Assembly (NCBI GenBank): GCA_038087875.1
Contig: CM075993.1
Location: forward strand, 558,001-622,000
Direction of reading: 5' to 3'
Source of the DNA: Malacoraja senta
Lineage: Eukaryota
DNA length: 64,000 nt
Shown here piece by piece: positions 11,651-24,548 of this stretch. Below the pieces are notes generated by a model that did not search any database, was not told the DNA's origin, and saw only the letters and a program-made list of their open reading frames with translations. The translations under genes and the position numbers were made by a program. Within the stretch, counting starts at the first letter, position 1, and each line of letters starts with the position of its first letter.

Positions 11651-14519
11651 CTACATTCTGGTTGCTGTAATTACCCCTCCTGCAAGTGGGTAGGGTAGTC
11701 ATAGACTTGATGGACTGGTGGGTAGGTAGTCAGGTGATTGCAGTGTAGAGCAGCACATTCAGGTATTGAGCGTGGTTCTGCCAATTAGTGTGCATTCCCA
11801 GCAGCAGCAGCGGCAGGCAGGCAGCAAGCTATGCAACCCACTCTGTTCTCCACGCTGACGGATACATACTTCTGTTTCAAATACAAAGAAAGCTCCGGAA
11901 AAGAAGAGTTTAAATTGGTCATAAAAAGAAACACTTTGCAGAATAACAATGCTAGCAAGAGGACCATTTCATTTCAGATGCTCTTAATAGGGGAACTTTT
12001 CAAAGTTTTGCATCCTTGGTAGAATTGTGTATTAATGGCAAATTAGATGAATTTGCATTATCCTTTGTAAGTTGTGTGCTTATTTTGTTCTTCAATTTTT
12101 TTTACGACATTAGATAAAGCAAAAATTATAAATAAACCTTTACATTTGGAATAGATTAGTATGGCATAAGTTCTGGCTGTTGTTTTAAAAGTATTTGATT
12201 GTATATCTAGCCTCTGCAATTTTTCCGGTCATAATTGTACTTTGACTTGAATTAAGAACAGTTATTCAGGTATTCGGGGTGACGCAGTTCTTCCAACTCT
12301 TGGCTCATTTCTGATCTCTGGTGCTGTCTGTGTGGAATTTACACGTTGTCCCTGTGACGCTGTGGGTTTCCTTTGGGTGCTCTGGTTTCTTCCAACATGC
12401 CAATGTCGTGTTGGTTGTTAGATTAATTGACCGTTGTAAAATTGCTGGTGGTGGTAGGGAAAGTGGTAAAATCTAGAAGAATATGATGTGAATGTGGGAA
12501 GAATAAAATGGAATTAATGTAAATAGAGGTATAGTTAATGTATTCTGGTGAGCCAAAGGGACTCCAAGACTTAATGTAATAGGTTTCTGCAGGAGGCAAT
12601 TAAATTGATTTAATTTTCGTGTGGTTTCAAGATGCAGTTTAATAGTACCCATTCCTTGTGAAACTGAGCCATCTGACCTGTTGGCCTCTGTCTGGTTTCA
12701 CCCAGTTCCTCTTGTCCTACTTTCACGCACTATGTATGGGGTCCTGTCACTCTCCTGCCTTCTATTGGGGAGGTACGGTTGTCTAACCAGAACTGATCCT
12801 CTGGGAACAGCCGTAAGCACTGCTCTGGGGGCTTGCCTCCAGTGCTTGCAGCTTGGCACAATACTCAAGTTGGAGTGTGGCCATTATTTATACAGATCCA
12901 ACACAGTACTCAGTTTACGATATTAAAAAGTTAATGCATTCTCCAGTTTACTTTGACTGCCTCAAATGACTGATCATATCAAAGTTATACCCAAGATCCT
13001 TCGTATTGACACTGCTGAGAAAATGATCACCCAGTTTTCTTTCTTGCAGTATTTGGCCTTTTATACTTGATGAGTTTGTTATGTTCAATTTATCTGCTTT
13101 TTGTATGTTCTGAGCTGACTCCTGGGCCTGACATTATTGTCTTCAAGCCCGACCAATTTATTTTCAAAATGAACAACCAACTAGTGTTTCTCCGACAATA
13201 TTTCCCCAGCCTCCAGCCTCCACCAACTAGACGGACAAAGACTGCAGGTGTAATGGAGCATCACCTTCTCCAAGTCACACACCATCATTCATCAGACTTG
13301 TTTGCACCGTCCCAGGGTGTAAGTCCTGCAACTCCCTGCCCTACATTGCTATGGGACTGCTTATACAATAAAGTAATGGCTCAAGAAGGCAGCTGGTGGG
13401 GCAATAAATCCTGGCCTTGCCAGCAACCCAGCATCTCATGAGATGAATTAAAAGAGTGTACTTTGGTACATTAAAACAATTGAAATGCTTCCAAGTAGTT
13501 TTAGCAAAGGAAAATTGATGCAGTCATATAAAGGATTGCTAGGACAGAACAGAGGCAGGTTTTTTAGTAGCATTTTAAAGGAGGGGAAAAGCAGAGAGGA
13601 ATTCCACACCTTACTGCCTTGGCAACTGAGAACACAGCTGTCGTGGGGTGAGCAAACCCAAATTAGAAGAGCAAGGAGATTTTGCAGTTTTTGGGCTGTG
13701 TGGTTACAGAGGGCAGCAGAAGTGATACCACGAAACGATTATAAAACAAAGATGAGAATTGTTGTACTTTAGACACATAGACACATAGGCAAGGACACGG
13801 ATCTTTGGTTGGCTTCAAATTTATGTAAGGCCAGAAACAAAGTTTAGATAAAGGCGTGGGAGAGAGTTTCAGCAACGGTGGAGTCTGGCAGCAACACTGG
13901 GGTGGAAGCGGGTGGTCGTATTGGTGACCATGAAAGGTGCTTTGGTGTTGTCCTAGAATGATATCTTGTGGCAAACAGTTTGGTTGAGAATCGGTTACTG
14001 GGGGATCTCAGAGAAGGAGATGATGTTGGTGAGAACAGGAACAGTGATGGTTGAAGGTTCCAAAGAGGAATGGCTCAGTCTCCCAATATTTAAGGAAAAA
14101 AAAGTGCTGGTTTTTGCTGCAACATCTGGGCAGGTCGTGATGCTTGTGGTCTCTGGGGTTGGTGTGGAAGTGTGGTCGGGCTGTGAGGGGACAATGGAGC
14201 TGGAGCACTGCTGGTAAGGACACCCGTTATTGCACCTTTCCTGTGTAAGTGAACCACCAGATTTGTTTTCCATAATCCACAGTGGCTAATTAACCTACAA
14301 CCCACAAGTCTTTGGGGCGTGGGAGGAAACCAGTGGACTCTGAGAAAACCCACACTCTAAAGACGCATGAATTAGCAGAGTTATTGGCCATTATCAATTG
14401 CAGGTGACCTGCAGATTCTGAGGGAATCGATGAGAATGTAGGGAAAATAAAAAAATCATGTTAATGTTGGATTAGTGTAATGAGCGGTTTCTGGTTGCTG
14501 CGGACTGCTTCCACACTTT

Positions 14520-14748
14520 CTCTCTTTCCGTCTATCTCACTTGTCTCTGCCCCTGTCTCTGCCCCGTCTCTCTCTTTGTCCCTGTCTCTCTCTCTCTGTC
14601 TCTCTCTCTGTCTCTCTCTCCCTCTTTCTCTCTCTCCGTCTGTCTGTCTCTCTCTGTCTCACTCTCTCTGTCTCTCTATCTCTCTGTCTCTCTGTCTCTG
14701 TCTGTCTCTCTCTCTCCCTTTCTCTCTGTCTCATTTTATCTCTTTCTA
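14520..14748. repeat. Compound (CT)n/(CTGT)n microsatellite
   Basis: Directly visible pyrimidine-rich simple repeat; source of the spurious SLSL/RERE ORFs. Confidence 0.95.
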
Positions 14749-15158
14749 TTTTTCTTATTTCACTGAGACTGTAATTTTTACATTTTAGAATGTTCTGTTT
14801 GGTTGCATTTTATTTGAATGTAAACGTCCTGACGGCCAAGGTGGGTTTCAAACCGATGCCCATGTTTTTTTGGATCCAGAACTCTGGCTCCTATACCAGT
14901 GATTGAATGACTATAATACCATGCCACAGATGCAGTGGAGGAGGGTGCAGGATGTGGGGATGAGGCTAGAGGAGGGTGTGGGACTGGGGAAGGGTGTTTT
15001 GTGGTAGATGTGTATATAAACCGTGCTGTTTTCCAGCTGTTGCAGAGGCAATTCTACATGAACTGTCTCCTTGCTTAAACAAAAGAAGAGCAATGTCAGT
15101 TGGCAGGATGTGACAGGCTCCACCCCACCCCCTATTTGAGTTCCCTCACTGACTGAAG

Positions 15159-15172
15159 GTTACCATGGAAAC
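15159..15172. promoter_or_regulatory. RFX X-box motif GTTACCATGGAAAC
   Basis: Matches the RFX consensus GTTRCCATGGHAAC, in non-repeat intronic sequence. Confidence 0.5.
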
Positions 15173-15935
15173 CGTTGGCAAGTGTAGCTTCATTCTCTTC
15201 CATTAGCCTGTGGATATGAGTTCCTTAGATTCATGAAACATGCAATACAGCATGTTGCCTTCGTGAGAAGAGAGAGACAAGGAGACGTGTGCAGAAAGGC
15301 AGAGTGCCTGGGAGAAGCAGTGAGCAGAGGGAAGGTGTCCCTGGAGGACTAGGGTTTATCCAGAATCTGCAGACATGATAGATACAAAGAAGACGAGGCT
15401 ACAGATTATCTCAGGGTGGAGGTATTTCCTTCACGGGACAGGAATTCTAATCTGAATGGCAGAAAAAAGCAGTGCTTCTTGTAAGCATTAATCTGCTGCC
15501 TATTCTCTGATGAAAGTGTGAATCTGATGTTGCGGATGTGGGCAGCGTGTGGAGTGCATGGTTTGAGCTGTAGAGTGTGGGAGATTGAGGTGTGAGGATG
15601 TTACGTTGCTTTAGCTACACATGAACATTTGAGCCTTCAGATGAAGAGCAGGACTAGCCCTCGGCCCCTGAAGCCTGCTCTGCCGTTCAATAAGATCATG
15701 GCTGATCTGGTTGTAAATCTCATCTCCAACCCTAACCCTAACCTGTAGCAGCCTTTCATCTCCTTGCTTAACAAGTTCATTATATTTTGGAACACAAAGG
15801 GACCCATTTGAGCCTTCCTGTTTTCCAAGCAAAAACCTCCCCATGCCATCATGTTAGTTCCATGACCTTGAGCTAAAAACACTTTATTAAGAGTTTTTTT
15901 GACATAAATTATAAATATAACTAAGTATAAATTAA

Positions 15936-16370
15936 GGCGGCATAGTGGTGCAACAGAAGAAATGCTGCCTTACAGATCCAGAGACCTGGTTTCAATCCTG
16001 ACTACAGGTGCTGTCTGTACGGAGTTTGTGTGTTCTCTATGTGACCGCGTGGGTTTTCTCTGGTTTCCTTCTTCTTCTTGCGTATGGCGTGAACAGCCTA
16101 AAGTTGTAGGTCAACTTGTTCTATTTGAACTTATTTGTGCACGTCGGGTTGATTGCATTAGTCAAAACAGGATGGACCACGTGAAGGTTGCAATCTCCCA
16201 CCCCACTGGTTTCCTCCCACACTCCTAAAACGTACAGGATTGTATGTTAATCAACTTCGGTAAAAAAAGATAAATTGTCCTTGGTGTGTAGGATAGTGCA
16301 AGTGTATGCGGTGATCATTGGTACGCGCAGATTCGGTGGGCTGTTTCTGCGCTGTATCTCCCAAAAGTTT
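15936..16370 (+). mobile_element. HE1/V-SINE-like tRNA-derived SINE, interrupted by a nested insertion
   Basis: tRNA-like head (ggcggcatagtggtgcaac...ggtttcaatcc), V-domain-like core (ggagtttg..tgttctc...ggtttcctcccaca) and CR1-like tail (gctgtatctc). Confidence 0.85.
16070..16205 (-). mobile_element. 136-bp retroposon with an (AAG)n tail (RTE/RTEX-type 3' end), nested in the SINE
   Basis: Perfect 10-bp TSD ctggtttcct at 16060-16069 and 16206-16215. The minus strand ends ...cgccatacgcaagaagaagaa. Confidence 0.75.
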
Positions 16371-19144
16371 AATAATACCGCGCACCATCCCCTTCCCCCA
16401 ATTCAAAGAACTTCTTACTTCTTCAGAGAAATCCAATAATTTGATTTAACTAGAAAGCTTTCCGAAAGCCCTATGGACTTTGCCTGATTAATTTTCGTAG
16501 TGCACTGTTTTAACATCAATAATAACAGCTTGTAATTTTTTCTTTGATTGATGTTAATCCAACTGGCCTGCAGTTTCATGCTTTTTATCCTTCCTTCTTT
16601 TTGAATAATGGAGTACTACTAAATTGTAAAATATTAAACGTAAGTTTTCACAAATCTAGGGAATTTTGGAAAATTAAAACCATGCATCAACGTTCTCATT
16701 GGCCACTCCTTTCAAGACCCTTGGATGAAGTACATAGGTCCTGGAGACCTGTCAGCCCACACCTCTGGCCATTTGTTCAGTCCACCTTGTAATTGGGTGT
16801 CAGGGGTTATGGGGCGAAGGCAGGAGAATGGCATTGAGAGGGAAAGATGGATCAGCCATGATTGAATGGCGGAGTAGACTTGATGGACCGAATGGCCTTA
16901 TTCTGCTCCTAGAACCTACAAACTAATGTAATTGTTATTTTCCTGAGTTTCTCTCTGCTCGCCAATTCTTGATGTAGAGCTGTTTCTGATATATTACCTG
17001 TATCTTCCATAATGAAGATTGGTTAATTAATTCCCCATATTCGTTTTCTATAGGATCAACAATCCGTTAGCTCATTTATAAATATCTATAGGATTCGTAC
17101 CATCTGTTTTTATATTTCTGGCTGGCTTTATCACACATTCCTTAGTAATCTTTTATTTATTCATTTCAGCAATATATTAACAACCTTATCAGCTGGCATA
17201 AATCTACAGCATTGACAGCAACGTATATTTATTCAGCACCTCACATATAGTGAAACATCCCAAGGCAGCTGCGGTTCCAACATGACAACCGTGCCTACAC
17301 CACAAAACTGTATACCACACATACCTCTGATTACACCTTCAAAGTTGTAAAGTACTTTTAGATATCCTGAAACAGTGTTAAAGGTACAGTGGACAAAATT
17401 ATCAAACAAATGTTGATGTCAAAGGGTATGTTTTCAATGTACAATATACTCAGTAGTCAGGCAGCAACTATGAAGAGAAAATTAAATGTCCAGCATTCAT
17501 TCATCTTTAACCAGAACAGAAAAAGCTTATAAATCAACAAATTTTAAGTAGAGAAAGAATTAAGGGGACGAGAGAACAAAAGGGATAGGATGTGATAGAT
17601 TAGAAGGCAAGGAACATGTTGGTAGAAGGCAGTATTAAATGGAACAAATGTTGGGCCTGGAGGAGGGGGGACATGGAATCAATACCGGCTCCTGGTGTTT
17701 GAAGGATTTGCCTTATTTGTTATTATCTGAGAGTATTGAACTTGGTCTGTAAAGTGAAAGATGTAGTATTCCTTAAATAATGGACAAGGCTGAGGATAGA
17801 TGGTGTGAATAGATTGGAACAGAGAATGAGATTTTCTGGAACATCTTATGGAGGGAGGAAGGGAGACTTTTAAGAAACCAATGTTTTGGACCTAATGTTG
17901 CCTCAGTCCAAACCTTATCGGCATTACGTGATGCAGGGACTGTTACCACCCACACCGTACATCCCTCACATTCTGCTTTTAAAATCACATTATGAAAAAT
18001 AATTGTTAACATTGTGAAAGGTTTTAATTAAGGATTGGAGAGGAACTATTTCCACGGCATGTGGATCAGTAAGCAGAAGTTACGGTTCCATGGCAGTTAA
18101 TTAGCTGGGTTATCGTCATGTGTACAAGATACAAGATACAAGATACATTTATTTGTCACATGTGCCAGTTGGCACAGTGAAATGTGACCGAGGTACAGTG
18201 AAACTTTTATCAGCAACATACGAGGGTTCTTCCCTGCTGTTCCGTGGAGTAATGCACCAGGACCTTTCCATTACCTTGAGACAATCGGGAGCCCTTTGTT
18301 CATTAAATAAAATGCACGCTGGAAATATTCAGCAGGTCATGTCTTATTTGCAGAAAGATAAATAGAGTTACTGGTTCAGGCCATTGATCTTGGATCAGAA
18401 CTGAGAAATGTTAGAGATACAACAGGTTTTAAGTAGGTAAAGGGGAGGAAAGATCAAAAGTTGAGTGATGTCATCTTCATCAGTGGAGCAATAGTTTACA
18501 TTTTGTTCTCGAGTTTGAACGTGGAACGACTGAGGCAGAGGCAAGCGTGCCGCTCCTGAGACGAATGGAGAAACGCTGAGGATAAGCATGCAGGCCCACG
18601 GAGAGGGAGCAGAGGAAAGGGCTCATTGGATGGCTCTGCCGGGGCGTATGGGCTTCAGTGATTCCATGATCAGCCCATTTTGTGAATTCTGATGCATCTC
18701 TTGAAATCTTTGCTTACACAGTAAAAAAAATCTAAAGCAGATTATCCCAGTCCCCCAGGGCAGAGGCCCCCAAATGATTTATTTTTATTGTATACTCCTG
18801 TCGACATTTACCAGCTGCCCAGAATATGTTTGATACTTTGATCCTAAATGCCAGTGAATATCATACGCACAACACATCAACACTACGACTCTCCTGGACC
18901 AAGTAATCCGCCTGACCGTCTCTGGGATCCCTCACCGCCAGAGAATCCGCTGAGCTCCGACGCCTCATTGAAGTCTACATGTGTGAATGGAGGGAAGTGC
19001 TGACGCTGATTAACCTTGCAAGGCATGAAAAGCTGAGCAGCAGAGATGGGGTTTGCAGTGGGGAGCGCTGAGTTTCCTGCACTTTATGTAAAGTGCCTAC
19101 AGTGTTCTCCTGTGCACAATAAAGGTCCTGTTCCATTATTTTAC

Positions 19145-19243
19145 TGAAGGTAGACACAAAAATCTGGAGTAACTCAGCGGGACAGGACGGGCAGCATCTC
19201 TGGAGCGAAGGAATGGGTGAGGTATCGGGTCGAGACCCTTCCT
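19145..19243 (-). mobile_element. Short Penelope pLTR fragment
   Basis: pLTR motif; perfect 11-bp TSD cattattttac at 19134-19144 and 19244-19254. Confidence 0.8.
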
Positions 19244-19925
19244 CATTATTTTACCTGTCTAAGAATCACAGTGTGAGGCCAGCCCATTGCATTATCCGCT
19301 TCTCAATCTTCATTTTCCTCAAAGTGAAACTCATGAACGGTCCGCATTGATTTGGGGATAATAATCTGTTTCACAAAATTGCTCTCAAAGGACAGTCTTT
19401 TGGGATTTGCTTCTGCTGCTTGAAGAGTTGTTGATACAATTGTCCTGATAAACTGTGTGTCTCACTCTCTGCCCGTACAGTGTCATGTTGAGGGGAATTA
19501 GCTTGTCAGCTCTGTCTGCTAATTAGTATTCATGCTTTGGCTGGTGTTGGGCGGTGTGACTGCTCCAGGCTAAGCAGGGTTTCAATGTGGTTGTCGCCGT
19601 ACAAGTGTGCCATTTGTCTCTGTCTACTTCCTCATCGCCACTGCTTGTTGCAGGGAGCTGTGATCAAACTGCAATGAATATTCAATAGAGGGAGGTCAGG
19701 TTTGTCTTCCACTGATCTTTGGGGAGGAGAAATGTTACTCGTTTAACATTCAGATATTTTCCCTTGCGGTCTCATTCCTTAGCCCCCTGATAACTTCTTT
19801 GGTGGGGTTCTATGCACTGATCCCTACCTGGAACTCAACCCAAGTAGCCGTTCCCCCTGTGCCATCTCAGGTGGGACATATTTGCAGAATGTTTGTACAC
19901 GGGGGAATCACATGCAGAAGCTGTT

Positions 19926-20005
19926 GTCGACACGAAACGTCACCCATTCCTTCTCTCCAGAGATGCTGCTTGTCCCGCTGAGTTACTCCAGCTTTTTGTG
20001 TGTAT
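19926..20005 (+). mobile_element. Short Penelope pLTR fragment
   Basis: cgaaacgtcacccattccttctctccagagatgctgc...gagttactccagc matches the other pLTR copies in the window. Confidence 0.75.
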
Positions 20006-21607
20006 CCTTGCATCCTCGTTCACCTTCCAGGCACAATGTACACTTTCCAGTTTGAGGAGGGACACACTTCTTAGTTAGTGAAGAGCTCAGTAGTAAAAGT
20101 CATGTGTCTGAGTAACGCAGCTTTGTATCTTTCAAGATGTAGTTGCTTACATCTCTCTTTATGTAAGGGAATGTGCGTGTAGTGTGGATCCCAGGAGTGC
20201 CAACATTGAACTTGCCCATTCTGGTTATACCAGAGCAGCGGAGGTGAGAATTACATGGACAATGTTTTGTCACCTGTATTCACTGATTGTGGTCGAGGGG
20301 CCAGGAAGTTGAGGATCAAGTTGCAAAGGGGAGTGCTGACCTAGGTTCAGGAGTTTGGAGATGGGTTTGGTTGGGATTATTATGTTAAGGCAGAGAAACA
20401 GTCAATAAATAGGAATCTTGACATAGATATCTTTGTAATCCACAAGATCCAAGGAAGAGTGTAGAGTCCAGGAGTTGGCATCTGCCATGGACCTGTTGTG
20501 ACAATAGACAATCAGCAATGGATCAAGGCTGACTGACTATGACATCCCTGTGGATTGTGTGTGTGAAGCTCTGGTTGCTGAATGCAATGCTCTTATAATA
20601 TTGGTGAATGTTCGGAAGGGCTGTGTGTGTTTTGACAGGACTTTACTCTCGTTTAGATTGCTAAGAGGTGTGGAAGGAAATATTAATGGAATATTTCCTG
20701 TTTCCCATGCAATAACTCACCAATTTCAATGGCATATGCACGTGGAGAGGAAATGTGTATTGAAAACAAACATCAGCACAAGGCTAATAGAGTGCGGCCT
20801 GCGGAAATCACTCTGTGTGTTCCAGCATTGTTGAGCTCTGCTGTGGCAGACGCTCAGTCCTATTCACTGCATGTCACATCCTGGAGAGATCCTATCAGCA
20901 ATGGACAACGTCAGCAGCTGCATCAATATAGCCACCCTCCTCCAATTAGTGCTATTTTGGACAGAAATCATTGCCCTCCGTCCTTTCCTCTGGGCTGAGA
21001 CTGCACTGTCTACAGCCTTTCTCATATCCCCAAGTTCTTGTTCCTGGCCCCTCACAGCTCGCTTGGCTCATCCATACTCTCCTCCTTGGTCTCAGCCCAT
21101 GGCTAACCCCTGGGTACAGTCAATCACTGTACCCATGGCTCTTGGCACCAGCCTGTCATTGCACCCTACAAGACCAAGCTTGGCAAAGGCGTAAGGTGGA
21201 GCTGGATCGCACAGGCAGGGGGCCAATGACACAGAGCTGTGCGGTGAAGGTCCGGGGCAAGGGGCAGGAATGGGTGGAAGCTGATCTTGGCATCAGGGAT
21301 TTCCAGGGCTTGCTGCAGCCTTCCTGCATATCTATTCGATTTCTAATTAATTTGTTTTTGTGTGTGTGATAAAACTTGCTATTTTCCTGCAATTAGATCT
21401 GTAATGTTTTGGAAACCATAGGGCTGGCTGGAATGTCTCTGTCTCTCCTGCAGATCCTGTTGGTTTCAGCCCAGGGTCCATGTGTCTGGATCGGAGCACT
21501 CTGATCACATGGATGATGAACTGTTCGGTTTCCACTCAACTAGTCTTTGAACACCGCAGCTCTGTCAGTTTCTCGTGTGATGTTGTGGTCAGCAGTGGCT
21601 GAGTTTG

Positions 21608-21840
21608 GTCCATTCTGGCCCTTTGGCCCACAGTGTCCATGCCGACATGATGCCAAGTAAAACGAGTCTGCTCTGCCTGACATGATCTATATCGCTCCAC
21701 TCCCTGCATATCTATGTGCCAATCTAAAAGCCTCTTAAACGCCACTATCATATCTGCCTTCACCACCAACCCCAGCAGCACATTCCAGGCACCCATCACT
21801 TTGCCCTGCACGTCTCCTTTAAACCTAGCTCCTGTCACCT
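21608..21840 (-). mobile_element. CR1-like LINE 3' end fragment
   Basis: Minus-strand translation RFKGDVQG..GAWN.L...VV.A....FKRLLD is typical of the CR1 ORF2 C-terminus; followed by a 3' UTR. Confidence 0.75.
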
Positions 21841-22469
21841 TGCTCCTCTCAACCTGATGCTTGGATCCATCCCTACAGGCCTTGTGCTACAACAAGCTGC
21901 AAACGCAGCAGTTCACATCACAGGGGCAGCTTGTAGATTAGAGACATGCGGCACATTGCAATACTGGGCTGAATATTCATCTCCAGTGTTTGATATAGAT
22001 GATTTTGATGAAATTGGCATCCATTTGGTATGAAAGCAAGGAAAGGGAAAAATAACCCATGTTCCTTGTGCAGTGGGGTTTGTCAGAGTCTTTGTCATTT
22101 TCTAATGCTTGCAATTTCCGAGAAGGAATTGGGGATGATGCTTATTCCCAGGTAGATTTCCCTGAAGAGTGCTGGCAAAGACAAGCAGCAAGAAACAATG
22201 ATATGTCAGAGACATTGAAGTTAGAGTTGTTAATTTACAGTGCAGGTCAGTGGGAGGAGATGAGAGCTTGTGTGAAGAAACCATTTGCTCTGACTTAATG
22301 GGCTGCTTAGATATGGTGCTTCTGTTCCACATTATTAAACCACTCATTCGCTCTTTCACTGTGATCCAGCTTTGAATCCCACCTCTTTGTCTCCTTCATT
22401 ATTTTTTAAAATTCCTTCATAATTAGTTTCTGCATCTTTGCCTCCCTCTTAAAGTTGTAGAGGCAGACC

Positions 22470-23385
22470 GCACAATACAGACCATTCGGCCCAGCTCCTC
22501 CATGCTGACCAAAGTCTATCACAGCTAGTCCCATTTGCCTGGATTTGACTCGTATCTCTCTAATCCTTTTCTATCCTTGCATCTGTCCAAATATCTTTTA
22601 AATGTTGTAATTGTACCTGTTTCTACAGCTTCCTCTGGCAGCTCATTCCATTTACTCACTCCACACTATGATTATAGTTGCCCCTCAGGTCCCTTATAAT
22701 TCTTTCCTCTCTCACTTTAAATCTATACCTAATTATTGACTCCCCTGCCCTGGGAAAAAGACTATGACCATCCACCTTATCTACATCCCTCATCATTTTA
22801 TAAACCTCTATAAGGTCACCCCACAGCCTCCTACGCTCTAGGGAAAAAAGTCCCAGTCTATCCAACCTCTTCTTATAATTCAAACTGTCCGGTCTTGGTT
22901 TCATCCTCATCAATATTTTCCACTCCCTTTCCAGCTCAATGGCGTATTTCTTATAGCTGGGGGACCAGAACTGTGAACGATGCTCACAAACGTTTTGTAT
23001 GGTTCCAACACGATGTTCCACATCCTGTACTGATGCCCTGACCGATGAACGCATGAACACTAACATAGAAAACATAGAAAATAGGTGCAGGAGTAGGCCA
23101 TTCGGCCCTTCGAGTGGCAGAGAATTCCACAGATTCACCACTCTCTGTGTAAAAAATGATTTTCTCATCTCGGTCCTAAAAGACTTCCCTCTTATCCTTA
23201 AACTGTGACCCCTAGTTCTGGACTTCCCCAACATCGGGAATAATCTTCCTGCATCTAGCCTGTCCAACCCCTTAAGAATTTTGTAAGTTTCTATAAGATC
23301 CCCCCTCAATCTTCTAAATTCTAGCAATCTTCTAAATGCCACCTTCACCACCCTGTCTCCCTGTGTTGCCACTTTCAGGAAACTA
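22470..23385 (-). mobile_element. CR1/HER1-like LINE 3' fragment with a younger CR1 fragment (~23060-23330) nested inside
   Basis: The CR1 C-terminal motif occurs twice in ORF 22656-23372 (LEFRRLRGDLIETYKI..GLDRLD...RTRGHSL and LFSLERRRLWGDLIEVYK). The nested copy has a (catagaaaa)n tail. Confidence 0.88.
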
Positions 23386-23522
23386 TGTGCTGGTCGGTAT
23401 CCCTAGGAATTTTAATCCCTTCTCCATTGAGTTGTTCTTTACATGAAGATGTTATTGACTCTTCCTGGGGTATCATTCCTGAATATAACACAAGAACCCA
23501 AAAGTTAAAGCAGGCAAAATAT

Positions 23523-23746
23523 AGAAAGAACGAACTGCTGATGTTGGTTTACAAAAAAAGACAAAGTGCTGGAGTGACTCAGCAGGTCAGGCAGCATCCC
23601 TTGAGAATGGATAGGTGATGTTTCAGGTCAGGACCCTTCTTCAGACTGAGCAATCTGAAAAAGTGTGCCGACCTGAAATGTCACCTATCCATGTTCTCCA
23701 GGGTTGCTGCCTGACCCACTGAGTTACTCCGGCACTTTGTGTCTTT
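23523..23746. mobile_element. Older fold-back Penelope pLTR derivative with two opposed hammerhead-like cores
   Basis: Inverted arms. Minus-strand core ctgaagaagggtcctgacctgaaacatc at 23617-23644; degenerate plus-strand core from ~23655. Confidence 0.75.
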
Positions 23747-24230
23747 GGCCACTCGAACCTGCCCCCACGATTCATTATGATCATGGCTGGTCTGTTCTAT
23801 TGCAAATCCTCTTCAGTGTTAGTTTTCTGTGGCCCAATCGTTCACAATGTATCTAACTCCATCTTGTGCACTTCTAGTATCCATCCTTCACAACGAGTGG
23901 GGATGAGATTTACCTCCCCTGGCAGACCCTGAAGGTGCCGTCTCACCCTGGGGATCATGTGATGATGCTGTGTGCAGACTCACAGCCTATTAATTTCCAC
24001 AATGAAGTGACAATTTTTCTTTTATGCCTGAAATGCTTCCCCAATTGCAGAATTAAATACTTACATTAACACATTGCAATCTGCCTATGACATTCAATAC
24101 ATTGATGAATTTTTGAGATGAGTACAATGCTTTATTTAATCTGACTACAGTGACTGGGGTCTGAATTTCCAGACAATAGTGTGGATTTTACAGGATTATG
24201 TGGTGACTTCTCTTCTTCATTTTTTGGTAG

Positions 24231-24548
24231 AAACTGTCGGCCGAAGATTCACACCTTTCTACTTCACGGTGGAGCCAGCAGACACGCTCGCGATAAGAGG
24301 AGCGTCAGTTATACTGAACTGTTCAGTCTTTGCTGAACCCAGGGCCAGAATTGAATGGAGAAAAGATGGAACATTCCTAAATCTAATTTCAGATGAACGC
24401 AGACAGATGCTTCCAGAAGGTTCACTGTTGATACACAGCGTGGTACATTCGAAGCACCACAAACCTGACGAGGGATTTTATCAGTGTGTTGCCACCATCG
24501 ACATCCTGGGCACAATCGTGAGCAGGACTGCCCGGATGACAGTAGCAG
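24231..24548 (+). CDS. NEO1: Neogenin internal coding exon (apparent exon 2), Ig-like domain 1; 318 bp, phase 1-1
   Basis: Acceptor tcttcttcattttttggtAG|AAACT and donor GCAG|GTGGGT. Translates [106 protein letters not shown], with the Ig C..W..DEGxYxC pattern. Closely resembles neogenin Ig1 as recalled ([17 protein letters not shown]). Confidence 0.95.

Noticed and set aside
14480-14788. SL-rich and RE-rich ORFs
   Set aside because: Translations of the CT/CTGT microsatellite.
22656-23372. 238-aa minus-strand ORF
   Set aside because: Chimera of two nested CR1 LINE 3' fragments (the same C-terminal motif appears twice); not a host gene.
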